64,000 nt of DNA from positions 42,904,001 to 42,968,000 of the forward strand of contig CM060731.1 of the NCBI GenBank assembly GCA_030704615.1, written 5' to 3'. The notes under the pieces are model-generated. The model saw only the letters and a program-made list of their open reading frames with translations, had not been told where the DNA came from and did not search any database. This DNA comes from Takakia lepidozioides. Its lineage: Eukaryota; Plantae; Bryophyta. Of the stretch, positions 1 through 11,790 are shown one piece after another. Within the stretch, counting starts at the first letter, position 1. Each line of letters begins with the position of its first letter. A program made the position numbers and the translations under genes.

Positions 1-294
1 GTCTCTGTGACTAAATGCCGGCCTTGTGACCTCGTGTTCTTGTTTGTTTCGACCTGAAGCGCTTTGCTTCAGGTAAGGTAGTGCATTGGATTTAGTTGGA
101 AAGCTTGGGGCCTTTCCCTCTTTAGAATATGCCTACACGGGCCATTCCCTGCAACTCCCTGGAGTGTGATCTCTGAATGGTAACAAGCGGACTCCTACCA
201 CTTGGGGGCAGCCCCTCCGCCCAAATTGGGCAGTCGTATGCTCTGTCTAGCATACTCGGCACTTGGGCTCGGGTTGGTTCCTGTGCTTAAACTT

Positions 295-3200
295 ATGGCC
301 TGCGAAAACAATCAAAAATTTAGCTCCTATCAACATCAACACTCCTCAGGGTGATCCCTGGGCATTGGTTACTTATGCCAAATCTAGGGCTTCATGTGTA
401 GTTTTTGGGTGAATCCCAGGATGGACGATGTGTCCTTTAAAACTACATGCTCTAGCTTAGGCTTGGATTTCATGGCTAATGGTACCATCTCGAGACTTGA
501 TAACAGGGGTACGTTGAAGGTTGCAATGACCAAAAGTGCTTCTAATAGAGTCCCGCATCAATTCAATCTCAAAGAAGTTCGTCCCTTGACTGGCTGGAGA
601 GCGGTCTTAGACATTGGTGATTCAATGGGGCGCTCTAGGAAGACAATCAAGGGCAACAACTTCAACTTGAGAGTTTCTAATCGGTTTGATGCTTTGGATG
701 AGGTTGAATCCAAACAGCCAGAAGGACAAGATGCCCCTAAGTGTACGGAACCTGAACGTCCTGAATCTGAAGGATTTGGTACTCTGAATGGTTTACCAAT
801 CCTCAAGGTTTACACAAGACGAACAAATTCTATACATGGGGTAATTGTCCCCAAGCCGTCAGATGGACAATCTGTCCCTAAGTGTGCAGAGCCTGAACGT
901 CATGTAACTGAAGGATTTGGTACTCTAAATGGTTTACCAATCCTCAAAGTCTACACAAGACGAGCAAAATCTATACACGGGGTAATTGTCCCCAAGCAGT
1001 CTGACGGACAATCTGCCCCTATGTGTGCGGAGCCTGTGCGTCGTGTAACTGAAAGATTTGGTACCCTGAATGGTTTATCAATTCTCAAAGTTTACACAAG
1101 ACGAGCAAAATCTACACATGGGGTAACTGTCCCCCCTTTGCAGAACGGTTGGCCGTCCAGGAGCAATCACAAGCTACCTAGACAACAAACAATTCACACG
1201 CAAAGGGCTGGCTTGCGGCTGGCCACTTTCAACTTCTCAGGGTTGACCAACCAAAGGAACAACTTGAAGTGGGACAAGTTCTTCGGACTAATGATATTCA
1301 TATCTGTGCTGGGCAAGAAACATGGGAAACGTCGGATAAACTGGTTGGAGATGTCATTGGTTATAAATGGGCAGGTAAGATGTGTACTCTCAAGGCAGCC
1401 TCTGCCAAACGCGGTCAAAAAGGGGTCGGATTCTTTGTCCGTGATTTCTTGTTTGACAATTGTGAAATTATCAACAAGGGTTTGAGGTACGAGCATAGTA
1501 TCTGGCTAAAACTGAATTTGAAGGGCGGCATGAGTACAAAGGACCTCTTTGTTGGTTGTGTTTACATGCCCACAGAGGGGACCCTTAGTGCTGACGCAGA
1601 CAAGGCCTTCGAAGATGTAAAGCTGGACTGTGCTTCGTTCCTTGCCAAAGGTCAGGTGGTACTATTGGGGGACTTCAATGCCCGGGTGGGCAAAGGGATC
1701 CATCAAGACGATATCATTGGACCTTTTGGTGAGGACGAGCTGAATTCTAATGGCAGACGGTTAATTAACTGTCTAGAAGAGCTTCAGCTTTTGACCTTGA
1801 ATAACAGGACAAGAGGTGACCAAGTGCAGTGGACTCGTGAGAAATCCCAAACTGGGGAACGTTCCATTGTGGACTATATCATAATGGACAAAATTTTGTT
1901 CCCCAGTGTGCCAATGTGTTGATCGACAGAACTGATATTGGTACCTCTGACCACTTCCTGGTTTGGACTGAGATCAAAAGGTGTTTTCCCACCACCAAGA
2001 GATCTGTGAAACGTTCGATTCGGAAGTGGCGCATAGAAAAATTCCACAATGAGGAGGTCAAGGCTGAGTACGTCCAGGCCTTGCAAGAGGCTCTCCCTCA
2101 TTTTGTCCAATCACTCCAAGAACTTCAGTCACGCTCTGTTAACGCAAGAAATGAAGTCGAAAGAGCAGTGGACTCTTGGGAGAGTTTCGTTTCCTCCGTG
2201 GCTGACAAGATCATTGGGAGGAAACTAATTGCTGCGGTAGAGCAGTTAATTGGTGGACTAATGAGATTAAACTCAAGATAGCTGAGAGACGAGCCCTCTA
2301 TAAAGAGTGCTGCAATTTGGAAACCAACAGAGAATTGTGGGCGAGGTACTACCAGCTCCGTAAAGATATCAATCAGCTTGTTAGGTCTCAGAAGAAATTA
2401 TACTGGGACAAGTTATACAGTGAAATAAACTCAAACCACCATGGTGGTTATGACAAGAAATTCTGGTTGGCCCTTCATCGTTTGTACAAGCCGAAAAACG
2501 GTCAGCAAGTACAAGCGCTGAAGACTACTAAAGGTGCAGTGGTGACTTCATCGGTTGACATTGTCAAAACCTTTGAAACTCACTACAGTATCCTTGGCAG
2601 AACTTCTAGGTCTAACAGTGAGGGGTGTTCTGCTGAATGGAGGGACACAGTTGGAAAAACTGTACCTATGATTCAAAACAGCCCTGATGAACTGGAGTAT
2701 ATTTCAATGGCTTATAATGCTCCCATTAGTTCTTCTGAGATTGTGGAAGCAATTGAACGTTTAAATGGATATAAAGCTGGTGACCTGATGGTATTGTCAA
2801 CGAGCTTATCAAGCACGGTGGCGATCCCATGATAGAGGCCCTAGTTCTCCTCTTTAACCTTATCTGGAAGACTGAAATGATCCCCTTTCGCTGGCGACAG
2901 GGAAGAACCGGGGAACTACCGTGGCATCACGCTCCTCAATGCTGTTGGCAAGACATTCTGCAGAGTTATAAGTACTCGTCTCGAGGTTGATCTGGAGTCT
3001 AGAGGTTGTTTCCACGAAGCTAAGCTGGCTTTCGGCGAAACAGGGGCTGTGTGGATCATATCTTCACTCTAAGCCAGATTATCCAGGGAAGGAAAAAAGA
3101 AGGGAAACCCACTTATGTCTTTTTCCTGGATGTCAAAAAGGCTTATGACAGTGTGGAGAGATGGCCTATGGTTCCGCCTTTGGTCTTGTGGGATCAAGGG

Positions 3201-4786
3201 AAAGATGTGGAGAAATGTCCACAGCTTGTATGCTCACACCAAAAGCTGTGTCACTGTTAACGGACAGAAGTCCAACTTCTTTGACATAGACCAAGGTGTA
3301 GCTCAAGGATGTACTCTCTCCCCTCTGCTCTTCAATGTTTTCATCAATCAACTCCTCGAGGATGTGGAAAGTGAGGGATTTGGGTTAAGGGTGGGTGATA
3401 CCACCATACCAGCCCTTATGTTTGCGGATGACTTCGCAGGCATAGGGGAGACTCCAACCAATCTCCAGGAGTTGATTGATTGCGTGAAGAGATACTTTGA
3501 TCTTTGGGGGCTAGAGGCTAATGTCAGCAAATGTGCAGTGGTAGCATTCAACGACAGAGGAGAGGGAGGAAGTGATCTTAAGTGGCAGTGGGGTAGTCAA
3601 GAGATCCCGGTCCTCCCTTCCTACACTTACCTGGGCGTTGAGTTCTCCTCCAATTGTAATTGGGATGCACATATCCGGAAAGTTGTTCAAACTGGCAAGG
3701 GCAAAGCTCTGGGGCTCACTAAATTTTTCCACTGCAGAGGGGTCAACTCTGAGGTTAAGAAAACCATGCTTTGTCGCGTTATTAGACCTGCCTTGGAGTA
3801 CGGATCTGCTATATGGGTTGATAACTCCAACCAGGCTAAGTCTCTAGAATCCATTCAAGTGGGGGTGCTTAAGGAGTGTATGTCAGCATGCTCCAAAACA
3901 GCCAATGTGGCTGTTCGGGGTGAGTTTGGCATTCCGTCCTTAAGCTCCCGACGAGATGAATTCAAGGTCTGATGGTGGGGTCAGCTGCAACATATGCCTA
4001 AAACCAGATATCCTAAGTTAATCGACTCTATATCTTGGAAACAGGACCGCCCTGCCAAACAGGCTAAGTCCTGGCAGAAGAGAGTAGAAGAGATCCTCAA
4101 GGACCTGGACCTGGATCTGCAAGTCTTGACCCTGCTGGATAAATCTGACTTAGAGGCTGTAGTGTCCTCAGCCATGTCTGTTGCCATGAGATTGTCTGAT
4201 GAAAATGAAGTTAGGCAGAAAACTTCCCTGAACTTGTTTCCAGTCTGTGACATGGGGGAGGACATCTTGGATGACCTCAAGGGTCTACCCACTCTCGGCA
4301 CTAGACTGAAATTTAAACTCAGGGCAGGAAGCCTACCTTTGAACAGCAAACAGAAGCAGAGAGGAAAGGGAGAGTGCAATTGCCCGTTGTGTGGGCAATC
4401 TGAAGACAGTATTCATTTTCTGATACACTGTCCGGGGTTCTCTCACCAAAGAGACGCTCTCTTCAAATCTATTAAGGGTATTGTGCCTGTACCCCTGTTT
4501 ACCAACTTTGAAAGTCTCGAGGCTGAGCCAAAAGCCCAGGCCCTCCTGAGGCCTAGTTTTTGGGCAAATCACACACAGCAGATTGATGCTTGTGTGAAGG
4601 GATTTCTAGAGGATGTCTGGAAAACCCGGATTAATTCTATATATGGAGGTAAGTCTTACTACCAACGTCAGCCCCTGACAGAGGTAGGTTCTGTCCCTTT
4701 TGTTCCCGCTCAAACTGGGCGCGGGGTCAATGGCCACAAGGCTACGGCAAACAACGTCTTATGAGTACAATCTCTCTCTCTCTCTC
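295..4786 (+). mobile_element. Near-full-length degenerate non-LTR retrotransposon (LINE family A, RTEX/RTE-like): N-terminal repeat region, APE endonuclease, RT, C-terminal Cys/His knuckle, (TC)n tail
   Basis: APE motifs (LATFNFSGL, CAGQETW, VYMPT, LLGDFNARVG, SIVDYI, SDHFLV) at ~1210-1990. RT motifs (FLDVKKAYDSV, GVAQGCTLSPLLFNVFI, FADD at 3421, YTYLGV). Knuckle CPLCGQSEDSIHFLIHCP. Stop at 4762-4764, then gtacaa(tc)n. Several frameshifts and stops. The 5' end may extend to or before position 1. Confidence 0.92.
711..1135 (+). repeat. Three in-frame 141-bp (47-aa) tandem repeats in the LINE N-terminal region
   Basis: ggacaa anchor at 724, 865, 1006; peptide GQ..PKC.EPER...EGFGTLNGLPILKVYTRR..SIHGVIVPK. 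Confidence 0.9.
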
Positions 4787-6903
4787 ATAGCCTGCGAAAT
4801 CAATCACTACACCATACCATGTTGATAACAACACTCCCCAGGGTGATTCCTGGGAATTGGTTACTTATGCCAAATCTAGGGCTTCAGTGTAGTTTTTGGG
4901 GTGAATCCCAGGATGGACGTTGTATCCTTTAAAACTACCTGCTCCAGCCCAGGCTTGGATTACGTGGCTAATGGCTCCATCTCGAGACTTGATAACAGAG
5001 GCACTTTGAAGGTTGCAATGTCTAAGAGTGCCACAAATAGCAAATCAAGCTCAAAGTTTGTCCCTCGCAGTGGCGTGGTGGCTGGGGCCGAGGGAGTGGT
5101 GGGGGGGGGGGAGGCGGGTGGATGGTCAGCGGTCTTAGACATTGGTGATTCAATGAAGCGTTCTAGGAAGACAACCAAGGGTGGGGACTTCAACTTGAGA
5201 GTTTCCAGCCGGTTTGATGCCCTGGATGAAGTTGATACCAAGCAGCCAGACAGACAAGATGGGCCTAAGTGTGCTGAGCCTGAGTGTAATGTGAGGATAT
5301 GGTACTCTGAAAGGTTTGCCAATCCTTAAAGTTTACACAAGACGAGCAAAATCTACATACGGGTTAATTGTCCCCCCTTTTGCAGAACGGTTGGAAGTCC
5401 AGGAGCAATCATAGGCTACCCAGACGGCAAACAATTGGAGATTATGTCGACACGTGGCGATACTCTCAGCATGGACACGTGTCATGTGTCAGTGCTACGA
5501 AATGGATGGAGTGAAATTCAATGACTTCCGAAACCACTTGTTGAGTGATCACAAAATGACTCATAGAGTCATTCTATGAAAACGGAGAATATACAATATC
5601 ACTCACAGAGTGGTTATGTGAGTGGATGACGTCTCTCAGCAGGTCATTGGAATGATTACCCACAGAGTGGTGTGTAAGCTATTTGAGTAATTCATGGTGT
5701 CTCTCTGAGTGGGAACTATGGATTGGAGTGATTACTAACAGAGTGGTGTGTAAGTGATTAGGAATACCACTGGAGGAATTCATACCACTAGTACAGTAAT
5801 ATATCTGTGACTACTTATACCACTATACGAGTGGTAATGTAGGCAATTGTGCAAAGGGCTGGCATGCGGCTGGGCACTTTCAACTTCTCAGGGCTGACTA
5901 ACCAAAGGAACCAAGTTGAAGGGGACAAGTTCTTCAGGCAAATGGTATTCATATCTGTGCAGGGCAAGAGACATGGGAAAAACTGGTTGGAGATGTCAAA
6001 GGGTATAAATGGTTCGGTACGATGTGTGCACAGTGCTAAGGCGGCCTCTGCCAGGCGTGTTCAAAAAGGTGTTGGTTTCTTTGTCCGGGATTTCTTGTGT
6101 GACAATTGTGAAATTATCAACAAGGGTCTGGGGTGCGAGCACAGTATCTGGCTGAAACTGAATTTGAAGGGCGGCGTGAGTACGAAGGACCTATTTGTGG
6201 GTTGTGTTTACATGCCCACAGAGGGGACCCTTAGTGCTGACACAAACAAAGCCTTCGACGTAAAGCTGGACTGTGCTAAGTTCCTCACCAAAGGTCAGGT
6301 GGTCTTATTGGGTGACTCCAATGCCCGGGCGGGCAAATGTCTTCATCAGGATGATACCATTGGGTCTTTTGGTGAGGACGAGCTGAATTCTAATGGAAGA
6401 CGGTTAATAAACTGTCTGGAAGAACTTCAGCTTTTGAACTTGAATAATAGGTCAAAGGAGACCAAGTGCAGTGGACCCGTGACAAAGCCCAAACTGGGGG
6501 TGGATTAATCATAGTGGACAAGAATTTGTTTCCTCAGAGTGCCAATGTGTTGATCGACAGGACTGACATTGGCACCTCTGACCACTTCCTGGTTTGGACT
6601 AAGATCAAAAGGTGTTTTTCCAACACCAACAGATCTGTGAAACGTTCGATTCGGAAGTGGCGCATAGAAAAATTCCAAAATGAAGAGGTCAAGGCTGAGT
6701 CAGGCCTTGCAAAAGGCTCTCCCTCACTTTGTCCATTCGCTCCAAGATCTTCAGTCTTGCTCTGGCAATGCAAGAAATGAAGTCGAAAGAGGAGTGGATT
6801 CTTGGGAGAGTTTCGCCTCCTCTGTGGCTGGACGAGATCATTGGGAGGAAACTAATTGTCTGCGGTAGAGCTGTTAATTGGTGACCAATGAGATCAAACT
6901 CAA
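4787..6903 (+). mobile_element. Second, 3'-truncated copy of LINE family A (N-terminal region and APE), starting directly after the (TC)n tail of copy 1
   Basis: Co-linear homology with 295-2280 (e.g. EHSIWLKLNLKGG, SDHFLVWT). Only one 141-bp repeat unit. Interrupted by an insertion at 5438-5843. Confidence 0.9.
5438..5843. mobile_element. ~406-bp non-coding insertion in LINE copy 2 flanked by a CAATTG direct repeat
   Basis: Absent from copy 1; caattg at 5432-5437 and 5844-5849; internal repeats of cagagtggt. Confidence 0.6.
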
Positions 6904-7066
6904 GCTTACCTGCACGAGCCTTCACCCTTAGACAATCACTCGAGCAATAGTTTTTATTCTTGGCTCTGGTTTTGTTTCCTCTCTCATGTTTTCTTCCATT
7001 TTCTCCCATAAGCTCTATGGGCTTTCCGCGGACGTTATAAAGCACCATTTCATTTCATTTCATTTC
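6904..7066 (+). mobile_element. Short 5'-truncated copy of LINE family B with (CATTT)n tail
   Basis: Matches 10031-10195; ends ttataaagcac(cattt)4c. Confidence 0.85.
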
Positions 7067-7590
7067 TATTTACTTGAATGTGGATACGTTCTTTGTAACA
7101 ACACTCAAGAACTGCCTGGTCCCTCTGGCTCCTTCTCCATCCTTGAACATATAGGACAAACTAATACGTGATTTCCTGTGCTGTGCCCTGTAACAGTATA
7201 TTTGAGTATATGCGTACACCTTCTACATGATTCATTCAATGACATTGCTCTCTTGGCTGGTCTACTGTAGCCAATGCCTTGTATCAGCATTAGGAAACCT
7301 GAAAGTGAGATGCTTGAGGATGTTTTTCCGTCTCTCTCTCTTTCCTGTTGCTAAGATCTTTATAGACAGCACTCAAGAATTGCCTGATCCCGTTGTTCAG
7401 ATTTTTCTGTTTAAAATGGAATGGGGAATCGGATAATGGGATGACTCACTAGGATGACTCATGAGGGTGACTAATTAGGGTTCACCCTAGAGGTCTCAAC
7501 CTAAAGAGGTATCTATTCAGACTCCTTCAACACTGTGATGGTGGCTACTTAGTATGGCAACACAAGGAGAGTTGACACAATGAGGAACTT

Positions 7591-7850
7591 ACATGGACTT
7601 GATTAACCTCTACTCTGAATCTAGGAATACTTTTGCAAAACCAAGGGCTTCTAAACGTGCCCTTGCTTGAGTACTTGCTTTTCCTCTTAGGAAGAGGTGC
7701 TTGTTGTCATGCTTACTTCCATGGACTTGATTAGCTCTACTCTGACTCTTTGAATACTTTTGCAAATCAAAGGCCTCTATGTGTCCCATTGCTTGAGTAC
7801 TTGGCTCTAGTGACACCTTCCTTTTGGGGAATGGGTGCTTAGTGACATGA
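7591..7850. repeat. Degenerate ~128-bp tandem duplication
   Basis: catggacttgatta..ctctactctga..gaatacttttgcaaa..ttgcttgagtacttg occurs twice. Confidence 0.7.
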
Positions 7851-8564
7851 GACCAACCCCTCCCTCCCTCTGGAGCATGGGCTGAAATAGCTGCTACTGA
7901 GTTCTGTACCTATGTTGACTGAAATGGCTGAAAGGACCGCCCTAACCTCTCCTCTCTTTGCTGGTACGACCTGTTGCAGGGATGACATTGATAAAAATTG
8001 TCAAGTGGTTTAAGCCTGGGGTTCCACAGGGATCACTAACCTGTTGGTTGGTTGGTTGGCTGGGATGGATCCAGGTGATGCCACTTCACCTTCTCTTGTT
8101 GCAGGAAATGCTACTAAGGGCAAGAGACTGAGTGAGGCTTTGAGCTTTCTCAAGCCTCAAATCTGTTTGTATGTGTTGATTGTGTACACATACTACTGCT
8201 GCTTTGGCTCTGAATGGTTTGTTGGATCTAAGAGCTTGTACCTACATGGAAAGGAGTCACCTTTAAGGAGACGTTAATGCTCTTCCTACTTCTAGTGTTC
8301 TTCCTATGATATGAAAGTGAGCAGGCTGATCTTGTTTTGAGAAAGGCCTACCTAATGTGCATCTGATTGCCACTTAGTACACCTAAAAACCAGTTTTCCA
8401 GCAAGGATATGTAAAGGGAGGTATGGAGGCAGATCTGGGTAGAGAAAGCTTGATGGTGCCTAAAGTAGGCTGTCGGATGTTGTTAAAAAGAGGCAAACAC
8501 AACGCATTGTGTTTAGTGTTTCCTTGTCTAGCTCTGACATACTATGTAAATTCTCTCATTTTCT

Positions 8565-8640
8565 TTCCGCCCAAACTGGGCGCAGGGTCTATGGCCACAA
8601 GGCTATGGCCAACAATGTCTTATGAGTACAATCTCTCTCT
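8565..8640 (+). mobile_element. ~76-bp 3' end copy of LINE family A
   Basis: ccgcccaaactgggcgcagggtctatggccacaaggctatgg...tatgagtacaa(tc)n matches 4707-4786. Confidence 0.85.
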
Positions 8641-8644
8641 GAGA

Positions 8645-9049
8645 GAGAAAAGAGGATATTGTAGCCCAATGTGCGGGCAGCCTGAAGACAATATCCATTT
8701 TCTGATACATTGTCTGGGATAATCTCACAAGAGAGTGACCCTCAGCACCATCAAGACCATTGTCCCCGCACCTCTGTTTACCATCTTTCAAAATCTTAGA
8801 GTGCCTACTTGGGGTCTAATTGCTGGGCAGCTCACACACAGCAAGTTGATGCTTGTGTGAAGAGCTTTCCAGAGGATATCTGACAAACCCGACCTAATTG
8901 TCTCTATCAAGGTACATCACACTACCTGAGTGAGCCACTCACAAAGGTAGTATCTGTTCCCTTTCGTTCTGCCCAACTGCGTGTAGGGTCTATGGCCACA
9001 AGGCTGCGGCAAACAACGTCTTCTGAGTACATTCTCTCTCTCTCTCTCT
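8645..9049 (+). mobile_element. Degenerate ~400-bp 3' fragment of LINE family A
   Basis: CSPMCGQPEDNIHFLIHCLG knuckle plus the 3' motif and (TC)n tail; homologous to 4360-4786. Confidence 0.85.
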
Positions 9050-9069
9050 GTGTTCACTGTTCTCTAGTT

Positions 9070-10195
9070 ATCCACTCCCCCAAATTCCAGTTTGCAGCAA
9101 CTGCCCTGGACAGATTGACAAAAGGCCAGGCAGCCTCCATCCGCCTTCAGGCCAAATGCAAGCAGATACACCTGCGTCATCTACCGACCAAGAAGTGGCT
9201 GTTTGATAGCATGGTCACCCCAAATGCCACATTTGGTTGTGAATTATGGGCACCCTGCAGTCCCAGTTTCCTGGTGGGAAAAGAATCTGGAACCATTGCA
9301 GTTATCTTTCCTCCAAGCAATACTTGGCGCCAGAGGCACCACTCCATCGCACATACTGAATGCAGAATTCGCCTGCGTGCCACTTCAAACTGAGGCTCTC
9401 TTCCGGCTTACAATTTTTCTGCATAGGTTACAAGCCCTTCCTCCCAAGGGGCTTGTGGCCAGGGCCCTTGCGACATCTATTAGACTCAAAAATGCAGGTT
9501 TCAAACAATCCTGGTATGCTCGGGTGGATACCTTTTTTGAACGCCATGGACTCTCTATTGCTTCACTATTGCCAGTGAACCCAGAAGAGGTGGTCATCAC
9601 ATCCAAGCATGACCGCAACCAACTCATTAGAAAGGAGCTCATGGAGCTACATGTCAGGAGAACTTGGAAGTTACCCAACCTCACGACAAAGCTCCATTTC
9701 TATCGAGAAACATTCTTGGTTCTCCGAGATGATAGAATCTTGCGGCCCAATTACCTTTCGGCATCTTTATCTCCTTCTCTCCTGAGGGCTTTGGGGCAGT
9801 TCAGGGTGGGCTCCCACAACCTACGGATAGAGACTGGCAGCTGCGAAAACCTGCGGCGGGAGGACCACCTCTGTCCAGCTTGCACAGGGCGCAACCAGGA
9901 ATTGAAACTGAAGAACACTTCTTCTTCTATTGCCCTCTGTACTATGAGATCCGTGGGAGATTCCATTGTCTATTCCGTGGAACCCAATCTCTCACTGAGG
10001 TCTTTCACTATGAGGATCAGAAATGCCTGGCAGCCTACCTGCACGAGGCATTCACCCTTAGACAATCACTCGAACAATAGTTATCTTTGACTCTGGTTTC
10101 CTGTTTTCTCTCATGTTTTTCTTTCCAATTTGTCCCATAAGCTCTATGAGCTTTCCGTGGACGTTATAAAGCACCATTTCATTTCATTTCATTTC
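9070..10195 (+). mobile_element. 5'-truncated LINE family B (RTEX-like ORF2 C-terminus) with (CATTT)n tail
   Basis: QLSFLQAILGARGTTPSHILNAEF, LGQFRVGSHNLRIETG, CPAC...ETEEHFFFYCPLYYEIR (frameshifted); tail (cattt)4. Confidence 0.85.
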
Positions 10196-10273
10196 TGTTC
10201 CGCCCAAACTGGGTACGGGGTCTATAGCCACAAGACTACAGCAAACAACATCTCAGGAGTACATTCTCTCTCT
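10196..10273 (+). mobile_element. ~78-bp 3' end copy of LINE family A abutting the family-B tail
   Basis: tgttccgcccaaactgggtacggggtctatagccacaagactacagc...gagtacattctctctctc. Confidence 0.8.
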
Positions 10274-10337
10274 CAGACACACATAAATCTGCAACCTGCA
10301 TACAGCTGCTATGAGCTAGTCTACAATGCCCTCATAC

Positions 10338-11790
10338 CTCATCATAGCCATACTTCTCATGGTACTGGCGCTGAAGAGTGGAGCTCAAATAGAGGGAGGC
10401 ATTATAAATGAGATATGATGAATGTTTGGTGAGGTTGAACACCACAAAATCGAAATTTAGGCCGACCACACTGCACCCGCACAACAACCGGACAAAGTTA
10501 CAGCCAGGCTTACCAACTTCTCTTCTCTGTGTTGTCCTGATTTGAAAAATGGAACCTGACCTAGGTGAAATCATCCCACACATTTTTCTGAAGACCTGCA
10601 ACAAAACCGTACAACGGAGGATATTCTGCAAACTTCTAACTGTATGACCTGACTAATAAATAAGCATATATGGGACAGAAAGACCTTCCCCTCCCCTCCT
10701 TGTCCCATTAAATGCCGATCCATGTAAGATTGTACTCATAAGACGTTGTTTGCCGTAGCCTTGTGGCCATTGAGAGAAAGTGTAAGAGAGAAAGTGTACA
10801 GTTCTACACCCAATGAGGAAACAAATAACGAGTTCCAGCATCTTTGTAGAATGGTGACAGGATTCCCCTTCCTGTCTTTCCATCCTTGTAAGCCATCCCA
10901 GCTAAGCCAGAACTTCCAACAGGGGAATTGCGAATAGCCTCCACAAATAAAAAGATGTTGCAGATCCTTTTGACATTTCACACATAAATAAGCAGCAAAC
11001 ATGTCAATAATATGAAATATGGGAAACATCCTGGTGCAGAATTTGAGGACAGGTTGCACCACACTGTAAATGTCACCCAACTCAAAAATGAATACTTAAC
11101 TCGAAGGAGCCCAAATTTACCCCCTGCCTCCTCAACCATCTCTCTCTCTCCCTCTCTCTCTCTCTAGTTTGCTATCCTTGGCCATCCTCAGTTAAGGATG
11201 GGGCAACAGGAAGACTAACCAAGACTACGATTCTAATTCCCCCTGTATTTGCCCATCTGGAGCAGACCTCGTCCTTCTGACAGAGGTAGCGTAAATCGTA
11301 AAGAGAGATAAAGACTAAGTCTGACCAGGATAATACTGTCGTAAAATTGTTTGGAAGGTCAGAACCATTACCAAAAAGAACAAATATTATGAGGGGCGAA
11401 AATGATTAAGAAGTTGGAACATCCCCTTATATTTTCTCTCTGGGTTCCTCTCCCCAGACTCTTGTTGACCATGCCCTTCCATCTAACTTCTCCGTCTTCC
11501 CACAATGCCAGAAAATGCACAATTGACACCTACAATTCAACTCAATCGTGACCGCAGTGTACATATGAACTATCAGCTAGTGGGACTCACACAATGGAAC
11601 CAAATCTAACCATCAACATCTTGCAAACTGCAAAATTGGAGGAGGAAGGGCTTCAGAGTAACCTTTTGCGACGGTAATTAAGGAGGACCTGTGGGTAAAA
11701 GCTGATCGACCAGACGACAAATGCAAACCAGCCCAAGACCAGGTACAAATCCTGCAATGACCCCGAATGCCACCCAGCCTCGTCGCCCAT
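10338..11790 (-). CDS. Cystinosin homolog (PQ-loop cystine transporter), exons 1-2 only; the remaining exons were not found and probably lie before position 1
   Basis: Exon1 11790-11663 MGDEAGWHSGSLQDLYLVLGWFAFVVWSISFYPQVLLNYRRK; exon2 10470-10338 SVVGLNFDFVVFNLTKHSSYLIYNASLYLSSTLQRQYHEKYGYDE; GT-AG sites keep the frame. Confidence 0.9.
10728..10773 (-). mobile_element. ~45-bp 3' end copy of LINE family A in cystinosin intron 1
   Basis: Reverse complement tcaatggccacaaggctacggcaaacaacgtcttatgagtacaatc is identical to 4727-4772. Confidence 0.85.

Noticed and set aside
130-295. HDV-like ribozyme in the LINE 5' region
   Set aside because: Local hairpins exist (gcccaaattgggc, gtatgc..gcatac) but I could not build the nested double pseudoknot by eye; a descriptor search would be needed.
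4710-4772. Hammerhead ribozyme in the LINE 3' motif (gcaaac..gtc..ttatgag)
   Set aside because: No CTGANGA/GAAA core and no room for three stems.
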